Assembly (NCBI GenBank): GCA_964554495.1
Contig: CAZKOY010000005.1
Location: 2,926-66,925 of the forward strand
DNA from: an uncultured Myxococcales bacterium
GTDB taxonomy: Bacteria; Myxococcota_A; Polyangia; Palsa-1104; JAEUJZ01
Direction of reading: 5' to 3'
Length of the DNA: 64,000 bases
A program made the position numbers and the translations under genes. Shown in pieces: positions 49,143 to 58,614 of this stretch (position 1 is the stretch's first letter; every line of letters begins with the position of its first letter). The notes below the pieces were generated by a model. The model ran no database searches. It worked only from the letters and a program-made list of their open reading frames with translations, and was not told where the DNA came from.

Positions 49143-50323
49143 TGACCTGCGATGCCGCATCCCTGCGTGTGCCACCACCGGCCATTGCTGAGGCTGCGCT
49201 GCATCCGTGGAGTGCAGCCGTGGCCAGACCGCTGGGCAGCCGCGCGCAGCCGTTTCACATGCGTGCGGGCTTGGTGCTGGCGCTACGCGACCCGAGCGGC
49301 CGCATCGGACTTGGTGAGGCCTCGCCGCTGCCTGGAATGTCGCCGGACACCTTGGCAGGCTGCACGCAGGTCCTGAAAGACGTGCCAGCGCTGCTCAACA
49401 GTGCGGATCAGGACGAGGCTGGCTGGCCGATTCTGCCGTCGCTGCACGCCCTGCCCGCAGCCCGCTTCGCGTTTGAAACGGCCTTTGCGGATCTTTGGGC
49501 ACAAAAGCAACGGGACGAGCTCGGTTCATCGCTGACTCTGGCGCAGATCTTGGGGGGATCGGCCGACCCTGCGCCGATAGAGCTCAATGCTGTGGTCGCA
49601 TCGATTGACGAAGCGCAGGCCGCTGTGCAGGCAGGCTTTCGCACGCTGAAGTGGAAGATCGGTGGCCTGGACTTCGCCGCCGATCGCGCGCTGCTGCAGA
49701 CGCTGCGGGCCAGCCTGCCGACGGATGTTGCGCTGCGCGTTGACGCCAATGGCGCGTACTCTGTCACGGCAGCAAACGAACACCTGGCCGCGCTTTCCGA
49801 CCTGCGTCTGGAATACGTCGAGCAGCCGGTGGCCGCTGGCGCGTGGGATACGCAGGCGCTGCACAGCGCGGGCGTGCCACTGGCCGCCGATGAATCGCTG
49901 CTGCTGCCAAACGAGCGAGCACGACTGTGGGCGACCAAGCAGGCGGTGGTTTGGGTGATCAAGCCGGCGCTGCATGGGCTGCGCGGGGCGCGGGATCTGG
50001 CGCTGCAGGCGCAGACGCAGGGTATTGACGTCGTGATCACCCACCTTTTCGACGGGCCTGTGGCGCTGGCCGCTGCGCGCGAGCTTGCCCATTCACTGCA
50101 GTCGCCGCCGCGGGCCTGTGGCTTGGCTTGTCATGCGGCTCTGGCTGCATGGCCTGCGCTTCTGACTGACGCAGTGGTGCCGTCTGTGCCCCATGTGCGC
50201 ACGGATGGGCCCGAGACGCGCGCCGGATCGACGAGGCTGCATAGCCGTGGCGGCGCTGGCTTGGGACGCGTCGATCGACCGGCATTTCTGGCTGCGCTGG
50301 CTGCCGGCAATAGAGCGCCATGA
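49142..50323 (+). CDS. menC: o-succinylbenzoate synthase (enolase superfamily)
   Basis: The ATG at 49142 overlaps the menA TGA by 1 nt. It has LKWKIG, RVDANGA, EYVEQP, AADES and VIKPA catalytic-residue blocks. The longer ORF from 48518 overlaps menA out of frame. Confidence 0.8.
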   Translation: MTCDAASLRVPPPAIAEAALHPWSAAVARPLGSRAQPFHMRAGLVLALRDPSGRIGLGEASPLPGMSPDTLAGCTQVLKDVPALLNSADQDEAGWPILPSLHALPAARFAFETAFADLWAQKQRDELGSSLTLAQILGGSADPAPIELNAVVASIDEAQAAVQAGFRTLKWKIGGLDFAADRALLQTLRASLPTDVALRVDANGAYSVTAANEHLAALSDLRLEYVEQPVAAGAWDTQALHSAGVPLAADESLLLPNERARLWATKQAVVWVIKPALHGLRGARDLALQAQTQGIDVVITHLFDGPVALAAARELAHSLQSPPRACGLACHAALAAWPALLTDAVVPSVPHVRTDGPETRAGSTRLHSRGGAGLGRVDRPAFLAALAAGNRAP

Positions 50324-51879
50324 GCACGCTGTCCGTGCGTGACGCGGCCCGCTCACATGCCGGCGAGCTAGCGGTGCTGGCCCCAGCCGAAGGCGCGACA
50401 CTGCGCTATGGCGATCTGATGTTGCGCGTTGCTGCGATGTGGGCCGCGCTGCGCCGCAGCGGAGCACGCTTGGGGCCTGCTGCGCGCATTGCGATCCGCG
50501 CGCACAATCGGCTCGACACGCTGCTGGTGCTGCTGGCACTCAACGAATCAGCGACGCCGTGTGTGCCGCTGCATCCTCGGCTCACCGACGCAGAAGTCGG
50601 GGTACTGCTGGCCGATGCGCAGCCCGATCGCTGCATCGGCGCAGAAGGGCTAGCCGAGCTCGCACAGCAAGCACCCACGGCGCAGGATCTTGCGGACTTT
50701 GCCGCGCTGCCTCGTCCAGCTGACCAGCGCACGCTGGCCATTCTGTACACGTCGGGTACGAGCGGTATGCCCAAGGGGGCGATGCTTCCTGCCTCGGCGT
50801 TTGTTGCCAGTGCAGCGGCCAGCGCCCAGAACTTAGGCTGGATCGTCGACGATCGCTGGCTGCTCTGCTTACCGCTGTGCCACGTTGGAGGGCTCTCGAT
50901 CGTGACGCGCTGTCTGCTTGCGCGGAAAGCGCTGGTCTTGTTGCCGCGGGCCGAGGTACCGGCGATCTTGACCGCCATCGAGCGCGATCGAGTGACGATG
51001 CTTTCGGTGGTCCCGACGCTGCTGTCCGGACTGCTGCACGACGATCGATGCGGCCTGCTGTCGCGTCTGCGCGTGGTGCTGTCGGGAGGCGCGGCGACCC
51101 CGCAGCCGCTATATGAACAGGCTCTGGCGCAGCGCGTGCCGATTCTGCGCACATATGGTCTGACAGAAGCCTGCTCGCAAGTGACGGTGGGCACGCTGCG
51201 ACGAATCGGCCAGCGGCAAGCGGGCTCGGGCCAGCCGCTGCCGGGGATCGAGGTGATCATCCGACGCGAATGCGACGATGACAGCCCGGATGCAGACACC
51301 GCGCGTGCGGACGCTGCGAGCCCGCAGGAAGGTGCGCTGTCGTTGGGGCAGGCCGGGCGCATCTGGTTGCGTGGACCCACGCTGATGACGGGCTATCTGC
51401 ATCGGCCGGCGCTTGCGGGGCGCTTCTTTGACACGGGCGATATCGGCTATCTTGATGCGGGCTGCGCGCCAAGTACGCGCGAAGATCTTGGCGCACTTCA
51501 TGTGTTGTCGCGGCGCACAGATCTGATCGTGCGTGGTGGCGAAAACGTCTATCCCGCCGAGGTGGAAGCGGCGCTGTTGACGTGCTCGGGCGTGGCTGCG
51601 GCGTTGGTCTTTGGCGTCGACGATCCCGTGTGGGGGGCCAAGGTCGCGGCGGCACTGGTGCCGCAGCCAGATGACCCGCTAGCGCTGGATGATCCCAGTC
51701 GCTTCGTACTGCTTGCCGAGCAGCTTGCGCAGCGCTTGGCGGGATTCAAACGGCCGCGCCTTGTGTGCTTTGTTCGCAACCTGCCCGAGCTTGCAACTGG
51801 CAAACCGGATCGACGGCGCGCCGCGCGTGACTTGGCCGATCAGCTGCGGCCTCTGCCCGGCTCTGGCCAGTCGGCATAG
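50320..51879 (+). CDS. menE: o-succinylbenzoate-CoA ligase
   Basis: ANL core motifs LYTSGTSGMPKGAML, YGLTEA and GDIGYLD, followed by RGGENVYP. It has an ATGA overlap with menC. Confidence 0.88.
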   Translation: MSTLSVRDAARSHAGELAVLAPAEGATLRYGDLMLRVAAMWAALRRSGARLGPAARIAIRAHNRLDTLLVLLALNESATPCVPLHPRLTDAEVGVLLADAQPDRCIGAEGLAELAQQAPTAQDLADFAALPRPADQRTLAILYTSGTSGMPKGAMLPASAFVASAAASAQNLGWIVDDRWLLCLPLCHVGGLSIVTRCLLARKALVLLPRAEVPAILTAIERDRVTMLSVVPTLLSGLLHDDRCGLLSRLRVVLSGGAATPQPLYEQALAQRVPILRTYGLTEACSQVTVGTLRRIGQRQAGSGQPLPGIEVIIRRECDDDSPDADTARADAASPQEGALSLGQAGRIWLRGPTLMTGYLHRPALAGRFFDTGDIGYLDAGCAPSTREDLGALHVLSRRTDLIVRGGENVYPAEVEAALLTCSGVAAALVFGVDDPVWGAKVAAALVPQPDDPLALDDPSRFVLLAEQLAQRLAGFKRPRLVCFVRNLPELATGKPDRRRAARDLADQLRPLPGSGQSA

Positions 51880-51918
51880 CCATTCGCATGGACTGGCTTT
51901 GTGGGCTGGGCCGACTCA

Positions 51919-52554
51919 CTAGATGAACAGAGTGACCTTGCCAGCAGAGGCGCGCTCAATAAACGTGGCAGCGCCGCATACTTTGAGCGTCGGGTAGTCG
52001 ACAAGCTCGTCTTGGCCGATGCCCATCAGCCCCATCGACATCTCGCAGGCGTTGATCACCACGCCCAGGTCGGCGGCAGCAGCCATGAGCTCCTCGACGG
52101 AAGCGACCTTGCGACCCTTCATGATGCTGCGGATCATCTTGGCGCCGGCCCCCCCCATATTCCACTGCGACAACGGCAGCTTGCGGGTGCCGCGCGGCAG
52201 CATCCAGCTGAACATCTTGCCGATCAGGCTTTTGCCCTGGCCGCTTTTCTTGGGATCGCGCAGCGCGGCAAAGCCCCAGAACGTGAAGAACATCTCGACT
52301 TCCATACCCGACGCTGCGGCCGCCGTGGCGATAGTAAACGCGGCGATGGCGTGGTCGAGTGTGCCCGAGAAAACAACCATCGATACACGCTCAACCTGGC
52401 CACTGCCTGGCTGAGCAGTACCGCTCGCTGCGAGGGGCAAGCCGGGGATGGCTGAAGGGGTCGCTTCCACGCGGGCCAGACGCGCTTGCAGCTCGGCGAC
52501 CTGCTTCTGCAGCTCGGCGAGCTGCGCGCTTGGATCGGCGCTGTTGCTGCTCAT
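51919..52554 (-). CDS. DsrE/DsrF-like family protein with N-terminal coiled-coil extension
   Basis: VSMVVFSGTLDHAIAAFTIATAAAASGMEVEMFFTFWG and VINACEMSMGLMG (conserved Cys) fit the DsrE-like fold. The N-terminus has AQLAELQKQVAELQARLARVEA. Confidence 0.8.
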   Translation of the reverse strand: MSSNSADPSAQLAELQKQVAELQARLARVEATPSAIPGLPLAASGTAQPGSGQVERVSMVVFSGTLDHAIAAFTIATAAAASGMEVEMFFTFWGFAALRDPKKSGQGKSLIGKMFSWMLPRGTRKLPLSQWNMGGAGAKMIRSIMKGRKVASVEELMAAAADLGVVINACEMSMGLMGIGQDELVDYPTLKVCGAATFIERASAGKVTLFI

Positions 52555-52556
52555 CG

Positions 52557-52784
52557 CTAGGCCTCCTTGCGAATCTGCGCGCGGTAGTGATCTTCTGCTT
52601 TGTCGACCGACAGCAAGCGATTACCGGTCTTGCTACACCAGGCGCGTATGTCGTTGGGAAAGGCTTCGTCATCGGAAAGAACGACGAGCTCTTGCCCTTT
52701 GCTCAGCGTGCGTGCTTCTTTGGCTAGCGCGACGATGGGCATGGGACAGGACTTGCCGCGGGCATCTAGGGTCTTTTGGCTCAT
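52557..52784 (-). CDS. tusA: TusA/SirA-family sulfurtransferase
   Basis: 75 aa with DARGKSCPMPIV (CPxP motif). Its ATG overlaps the kinase TGA (ATGA). It ends 2 nt before the DsrE-like ATG. Confidence 0.88.
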   Translation of the reverse strand: MSQKTLDARGKSCPMPIVALAKEARTLSKGQELVVLSDDEAFPNDIRAWCSKTGNRLLSVDKAEDHYRAQIRKEA

Positions 52785-55700
52785 AGGCTTTTCTCCCGGC
52801 TTAGGCCTAGCTCGCGGGCCAGGGCTTGTGCCCGCAGGTTCTCGTCGGGCAGCGCGAGATAGCGAAGGCGAACCTTGGCATCTGCAAGGCGCGAGGCTCG
52901 TGTCTCGATCTGCGTCTCGGCTGCGGCAAGCTGCTCGCGAGCCATGTCTCGCTGACCGGCGCGAGCCAAGGCGGAAGCAGCTGCTAGGCGCAGCGGCACG
53001 TCCAGCCAGCCTGCGCCCCCAAGATCATCGAGCGCTTGCAGGGCTTGCGTCGCCGTGGCAGCAGCCGCGTTCGCATCGCCGATCTCGACCAGCGCATCAC
53101 AGCGGGTTGTTTGCAGCGCCAAGCGGTACAGGGGCAGCGCATTGCTGCGATGCTCGGCTTCTTGGCACGTAGCAAGCGCCAAGTCGCTGCGCCCTTGGAG
53201 TCGCTGCACGCGCGCCAGCGCTGCGTGGGCAATGCCTCGCAGCAATGGATCACTCACTTGCTGCAGCAGACGAATGCAGCTCTCGCTCGCTTCCTTTTGT
53301 GCGCTGATTTCACTGCGCAGCGATAGAACGTGCGCAAGATGAGCCTGCGCCAAGCTGGCCAGCGAGCGATCGCGCAGCTGATTCGCCATGGTCAGTGCCC
53401 GTCGCAGCGCTTCTTCTGCATCGCTCAGCTGACCCAGCGCTGCATGCGCTTGGCCGCACAGCACCAGCGCGTTCACCATGCCCTGCTGTGCTTCAGCGCG
53501 CTCAAATGCGCGCAGGCTGCCCTGTGCGTGCTGCAAGGCAACGGCGGGATCGGCCTCTAGCGCATGGCAGAAGCTGCCTTGCGCGTACGCGGTCCAGCCG
53601 TGCAGCAGCAGATCACTTTCGCGGGTTGATTCGGCGATCTGTTCCAAAAAGATCAAGAACGCGAATGCGTGATCGCGGTCGGCCAAGTGCGCGGTGTAGC
53701 AGATCAGAAAAGCCGAGGCCGCGGCATATGCGGTGAGAGCATCGGGGCTAGGCCGGGCGCGCGAGAATCGCTCAATCAGTCGATCCATGCGCTGGGTGCG
53801 GGCTTCACCGGTCTCGTCGCTGCCGTGGGCCGGCAAGACAAACAGCTGCTGCATGGCGCGGCACCACCACAGGCTGCCGATGGGCAGCGACGCGATAGCA
53901 GACTCGCCGCTTGCAAAGGCTTCGCTGACGTCCATGCGCGATGCGTGTGCCACACACAAGATCGCCTGCAGCGTGCCGCGTGTGACTGCATCGCTTGCGC
54001 CTTCGCTTCCCAGCGTACCGAAGCGCAACATGCCATCAATGTCCTGTTGCACATACGCGTGCTGGGCTGCGCGCAGATAGTGCTCTGCTGCACTCTGTGC
54101 GTCGCCACCCAAGTGAAAGTGTTCGGCGATGGTCTGTGCTTCGGTCTCGCCAGCGTCAAGCAAGTAATGCGCGGCGGCCAGGTGACCCGCTCGACGATCG
54201 AAGTCGGTGAGCAGGCTGTACACGGCCTCACGCCACAGCGCATGACGGAAGCCAAGTTCGACATCACGACCAAAGCGACTCTCGCGGTGCTTTTCGATGT
54301 GTTCGAGCGCGACCAGATGATCGAGCCAGCGGTCGAGGCCGTCCGCTTCTGACCCCAGCAGTCGAGCCACACCGCCGCGCCAGAAAGTCTGCCCAAAGAT
54401 GCTGGCGGCGCGCAGCACACGTCGTGCAGAGGGATCGAGCTGCGACAAGCGGGCCTGCAGCATGGCCAGCACGGTGTACGGGCGGTGCGTCCCGGATCGA
54501 CTGGCATCGGCAGAAGGCGAGCTATCGCCGGCACTGCCGGGTGGTTCGTTGGGCTCAGCTGCAGAGCGGATTAGCTCTTCCAAGAACAGCGGATTTCCAT
54601 CGGAAAGACGCACCAGCGTGTCGATCACAACGGGCGCCACGTGCTTGCCCAGCACTTGCTGGATCAGCCGCTCGCAGGCCTTCTTGCTTAGGCCCTTCAA
54701 GACCAGCTCTTGTGAGCCGAAGACCTTGCCGAGGCGTGGGAAGAGCTCATGCACTTCGGGACGCGCGAAGCTGACCAGCAGCAGCGGCTGATCTGCGTGC
54801 TGACGCAGCGTCTGCTCAAGCAGGCCGACGGTTAGCGCGTCACCCCAGTGCAGATCTTCAATCAACAAAACGACGGGCGCGGCGGCGCACTCGGCTCCGA
54901 GGAAGTCCAAGAAGGCGCGCTGGACGCGCTCTTTCATGATCTTGGGATCGCTGCGCGCAGCTTGCAGAAGTTCGCTGCTCTCTGCCGGGAATGGAATACC
55001 GCACAGCTCGCCGATGAACTCGACAACGCGACGGCGATCGGCGCTAGATCCGCCGATGTGACAGCCAATGCGCGCCTGCAAAAGGGCTTGCTGCTCTTCC
55101 GATGACTGATCGCTTTGGATACCGCACAGCCGCCGCAGCGCATGGCTGAGCACGGCGAACGCGGAGCCTTTGCTGATCATTTCGGCGCGGCCGTACAGCA
55201 CTGTGATCTGACTGCCACGCGACGCGATCCGGCGCAGGAACTCGTGCCGCAAGCGCGACTTACCGAAGCCCGCTGGCGCGGTCACCAAGACCAACTTAGC
55301 GCTCGACTCCTCAATGCAGGTGTTCAGCACGATGTCCAACGTGCTGAGCTCTTGCTCGCGGCCGACACAGGCGGTGGCCTTGCCAAGCACTTGCCGGCTG
55401 TCGTCGAGGCTCTGCTGCGTTGAAGTCAGCAAGATGCCGTCGCGCGTCGAAATCAGCTGGTAGTAGCGCTCCAAGAGCCGTGAGCTCAGCTCATCAACCC
55501 AGACACCGCTTTCGCGAACTGGACGAAGCTCGCCCGAGCTGCCACCGGGAATGGTAACGACGGGCTGGAGCGCCGGACGCGACTGCACGCGATCGGACAC
55601 ACCTTCGTGGTCACGCATCAGGCGCGCGGCCCGCTCGACGGCGTTGCCGAGGAGCATATTGTGACGAGCGGCACCCAATCCCGTGGTTAGTACGACTTGC

Positions 55701-56890
55701 GCCTCGGGCCAGTGGCTCTTGATCGTAAGCGCCACCTGCGCCGCACGAGCCACTTGATCAGTGGCGTAGCCGTGTGCTGCCAGCGTCACGACCAAGCTGC
55801 CATCGAGCAGCCACTCGGCGTTGACGCCCAGATCGGTAAGCGCCGCGCGCAGCGTCGGGTGGGGCGCGCGGGGAGGCCCCCCGCTTTCGGACTGGCGCAG
55901 CGTCAGCGTCTGCCCGCCGGGCTGAGCTTCCACGGGTTGCTGCCGCGGTGCAGCGAGAACTACATTCACCAGGATCTGGTCGCTGTCCGCGCGCGATGAC
56001 AGCACAGACAAGGTGGGCTGCTGCAGCGTTGTGCTGGCGGTCTGCAGGGCTAGCTCGGACTCGCGCGTCTGTAGCTCAGCAAGCAGGGCTGTGGCGTCGG
56101 CTGGGCGCTGCACAGGGTCCTTATTCAGCATGCGCAAGAGCAGCGCTTCCAGCGCGGGCGGCGTATCGGGGCGAATGCTCGCCAGCGGCGGCGGCTCGTC
56201 GAACAACACGCGAGCCAGCACCGCGGCGACATGATCGGCGATAAACGGTGGCCGGCCGCTCAGGCACTCGAACAGCACGCAGCCCAGCGAAAAAATGTCG
56301 GTGGCTGGCGTGATCTGTCGCGTGCCGTGGGCCTGCTCAGGCGCCATATACGCAGGCGTTCCAACCAGCATGCCGCTGCGCGTGACCGCGGCCATGGTCA
56401 GTGCGCGTCGGGCAATGCCAAAGTCCAGGATCTTGATCTGGTCGATCTGCCCCCCAACCACAAAGAGATTCGTCGGCTTCAAGTCGCGGTGTACGACGCC
56501 GCGTCGATGGGCGACTGACAAGGCTTCCGCGACGCGGTGGGCGACGCGCAACGTGTCAGAAATCGAAAGCGGGCCGCGCGATAGGACATGCGCTAGGTCT
56601 TCGCCCTCCAGCCACTCCATCGCCAAGTAACACTGACCGTCGGCGGTGGTGCCATGCGCGACATAGGACACGATGCCGGGGTGGCACAGCTCAGCAAGAA
56701 GCTGTGCCTCGCGCGAGAAGCGCTCGGCTTCCTGATGTGAGCCGCCGATCGAGTGCAAGAGCTTCAGCGCAACGCGGTCGCCGCTGAAATGGTCGCGAGC
56801 GCAATAGACTGCGCCCGTACCGCCGCTGCCTGCTTCGCGTTCAAGCTCGAAGCGACCGGCAAACAGCCCACCTTTTGGGCTGTTCAGCAT
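52781..56890 (-). CDS. Ser/Thr protein kinase fused to cyclase-homology-like region, AAA (P-loop) domain and TPR repeats
   Basis: The kinase has GSGGTGAVY, HRDLKPTNLF, DFGIAR and GTPAYMAPE. The P-loop is TAPAGFGKSRL. The long helical C-terminus is TPR-like. 1369 aa. Confidence 0.92.
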   Translation of the reverse strand: MLNSPKGGLFAGRFELEREAGSGGTGAVYCARDHFSGDRVALKLLHSIGGSHQEAERFSREAQLLAELCHPGIVSYVAHGTTADGQCYLAMEWLEGEDLAHVLSRGPLSISDTLRVAHRVAEALSVAHRRGVVHRDLKPTNLFVVGGQIDQIKILDFGIARRALTMAAVTRSGMLVGTPAYMAPEQAHGTRQITPATDIFSLGCVLFECLSGRPPFIADHVAAVLARVLFDEPPPLASIRPDTPPALEALLLRMLNKDPVQRPADATALLAELQTRESELALQTASTTLQQPTLSVLSSRADSDQILVNVVLAAPRQQPVEAQPGGQTLTLRQSESGGPPRAPHPTLRAALTDLGVNAEWLLDGSLVVTLAAHGYATDQVARAAQVALTIKSHWPEAQVVLTTGLGAARHNMLLGNAVERAARLMRDHEGVSDRVQSRPALQPVVTIPGGSSGELRPVRESGVWVDELSSRLLERYYQLISTRDGILLTSTQQSLDDSRQVLGKATACVGREQELSTLDIVLNTCIEESSAKLVLVTAPAGFGKSRLRHEFLRRIASRGSQITVLYGRAEMISKGSAFAVLSHALRRLCGIQSDQSSEEQQALLQARIGCHIGGSSADRRRVVEFIGELCGIPFPAESSELLQAARSDPKIMKERVQRAFLDFLGAECAAAPVVLLIEDLHWGDALTVGLLEQTLRQHADQPLLLVSFARPEVHELFPRLGKVFGSQELVLKGLSKKACERLIQQVLGKHVAPVVIDTLVRLSDGNPLFLEELIRSAAEPNEPPGSAGDSSPSADASRSGTHRPYTVLAMLQARLSQLDPSARRVLRAASIFGQTFWRGGVARLLGSEADGLDRWLDHLVALEHIEKHRESRFGRDVELGFRHALWREAVYSLLTDFDRRAGHLAAAHYLLDAGETEAQTIAEHFHLGGDAQSAAEHYLRAAQHAYVQQDIDGMLRFGTLGSEGASDAVTRGTLQAILCVAHASRMDVSEAFASGESAIASLPIGSLWWCRAMQQLFVLPAHGSDETGEARTQRMDRLIERFSRARPSPDALTAYAAASAFLICYTAHLADRDHAFAFLIFLEQIAESTRESDLLLHGWTAYAQGSFCHALEADPAVALQHAQGSLRAFERAEAQQGMVNALVLCGQAHAALGQLSDAEEALRRALTMANQLRDRSLASLAQAHLAHVLSLRSEISAQKEASESCIRLLQQVSDPLLRGIAHAALARVQRLQGRSDLALATCQEAEHRSNALPLYRLALQTTRCDALVEIGDANAAAATATQALQALDDLGGAGWLDVPLRLAAASALARAGQRDMAREQLAAAETQIETRASRLADAKVRLRYLALPDENLRAQALARELGLSREKSL

Positions 56891-57055
56891 GGATGTCTTC
56901 CTGTCGCCAAAGGATTGCGTTTCATGTTAAGGCAACTGCGCCGCAGGCGGCGAACCTTTTGCTGTCGGGAACACATGTTTCTAAGCGAGGCGGCCGGCGG
57001 ACGATTGAGCCTGCGACAGACCCACGGATACAGCCCTTGCGCAAGGAGACCCACG

Positions 57056-57424
57056 ATGCCCGTGCATATCACGCAGCCGACGCGAATTGAGGCTGCCGGC
57101 AACAAGCCCAAGCTCATTGACGAGTACGTTGGGCGCGTGAACAGCGGCACCAGCGCGCTGAGCATCGCCCACATGCGCAGCCCAGGGGGCTGGGTCGAGC
57201 CTGGCCAGACGCCAGAGTTCGACGAGTACACGGTTGTGTTGCGCGGCTGCTTGCGTGTCGAGTCCGAGCAAGGGGCGCGTGTGATCGAGGTTCGCGCCGG
57301 CCAGGCCGTATGGACGCGCGGGGGCGAGTGGGTGCGCTATTCCACACCGGATGCCGACGGCGCCGAGTACATCGCGGTCTGTCTACCCGCTTTTTCCCCA
57401 AGCACCGTTCACCGCGACTCGTAG
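57056..57424 (+). CDS. Cupin domain protein
   Basis: ATG at 57056 with AAGGAGA upstream. The small beta-barrel pattern is GWVEPGQTPEFDEYTVVLRG...VRAGQAVWTRGGEWVRYSTP. The longer ORF from 56753 overlaps the kinase gene start. Confidence 0.72.
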   Translation: MPVHITQPTRIEAAGNKPKLIDEYVGRVNSGTSALSIAHMRSPGGWVEPGQTPEFDEYTVVLRGCLRVESEQGARVIEVRAGQAVWTRGGEWVRYSTPDADGAEYIAVCLPAFSPSTVHRDS

Positions 57425-57477
57425 TGCCGCGAGTGCGGCACTAGCTGACGCGGAATGGTCTGCTTGGCCTTCACGAA

Positions 57478-58521
57478 ATGGAGACTGTCATGAAACGAGA
57501 GACCTGCTTCTCAACCCTGGCCATGTTCCTTGGTCTGAGCACGGCGATCGGCCTGCTTGGCGCCTGCGCCCCGACGGCAGAGGATGCGCTTTCCGAGCAG
57601 TCCGCGGCGCTGTCGAGCTCTGGCGAGGATGCGGTGGCGCCCTTGGCTGGCTACAGCAACTCGACGTATTTCATCGTCACGCGCGCTGACATGCGTCGCT
57701 GCGCATACCCGTTCTGCGGTGGCTATTTCAGCAAACGCGTGAACCAAGCGACGACCATATGCAGCGATGGGTCAGCTCAACCCGAGTGTCGCATTCTGGA
57801 GTTCGACTACAGCGCGCTCGGTCTGGATACCGCGACGCTCGACACGCTGAAGATGCAGGCACAGAGCGGACGGGCCTTGCTGCATGGGCGCATCGCAAAG
57901 ACTGCGCCGATTGCAGGTCGCACGTTTGACAAGCTGGTCGTCGATGAAGCCTGGGTAGCGCGCAGCAACCCGCCGACGCCGACTCCCACCCCGACGCTGC
58001 CGACCGGCATCTATTCGCGAATTCGCGAGCTGCCCGTGGCCTGTCCAGCTTGTCCGCCGTACCGTCAGGAAACGCTGAACACGTTTGCGGCTGGCAAGCC
58101 GGTTGCGAAGCTCGATTACGACGCGACGCGCTTCGCCGCCACCGTCATCAAAGAGCTCACGTCAGCGCTTCCTGCATCGGACGTCGGTCTGCTGATGGCC
58201 GGCACGTTGAGCGGCGCAGCGTCCGCCGCGCGCTTTGCTGTGTCCGAGGCGTACACGCCGGTCAAGGGCAAGCCAGGCGGCAAGGTCGGCGACGCCTGCG
58301 GATCGCGTGGCCTGCCAACGTGTGCTGCACCGCTGTTCTGCAAGTGGGAACCCATGGCAAGCTGCGGGCGCTTTGACGCACCGGGCGTCTGCACCAAGAA
58401 GCCCGATGCCTGCATCACGCTGTACAAGCCGGTCTGCGGCTGCGATCGCAAGACCTACGGCAACTCCTGCGAGGCCAGCCGCGCTGGGGTTTCCGTCGAC
58501 TACGAAGGCGTCTGCCGATAG
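57478..58521 (+). CDS. Secreted/lipoprotein with C-terminal Cys-rich module plus Kazal-type inhibitor domain
   Basis: Signal LGLSTAIGLLGAC. The C-terminal sequence CITLYKPVCGCDRKTYGNSCEASRAGVSVDYEGVC matches the Kazal spacing (PVCG.D..TY.N.C). The start may be the ATG at 57490. Confidence 0.75.
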   Translation: METVMKRETCFSTLAMFLGLSTAIGLLGACAPTAEDALSEQSAALSSSGEDAVAPLAGYSNSTYFIVTRADMRRCAYPFCGGYFSKRVNQATTICSDGSAQPECRILEFDYSALGLDTATLDTLKMQAQSGRALLHGRIAKTAPIAGRTFDKLVVDEAWVARSNPPTPTPTPTLPTGIYSRIRELPVACPACPPYRQETLNTFAAGKPVAKLDYDATRFAATVIKELTSALPASDVGLLMAGTLSGAASAARFAVSEAYTPVKGKPGGKVGDACGSRGLPTCAAPLFCKWEPMASCGRFDAPGVCTKKPDACITLYKPVCGCDRKTYGNSCEASRAGVSVDYEGVCR

Positions 58522-58614
58522 AGAAAGTGCAGCACGTCCGCCGCCCAGCGCACCGCGATGTGTCGCTGCTCGCGGCGTATCCCTGGCTGACCAGCATCGC
58601 GTAGCATGTGAGGC

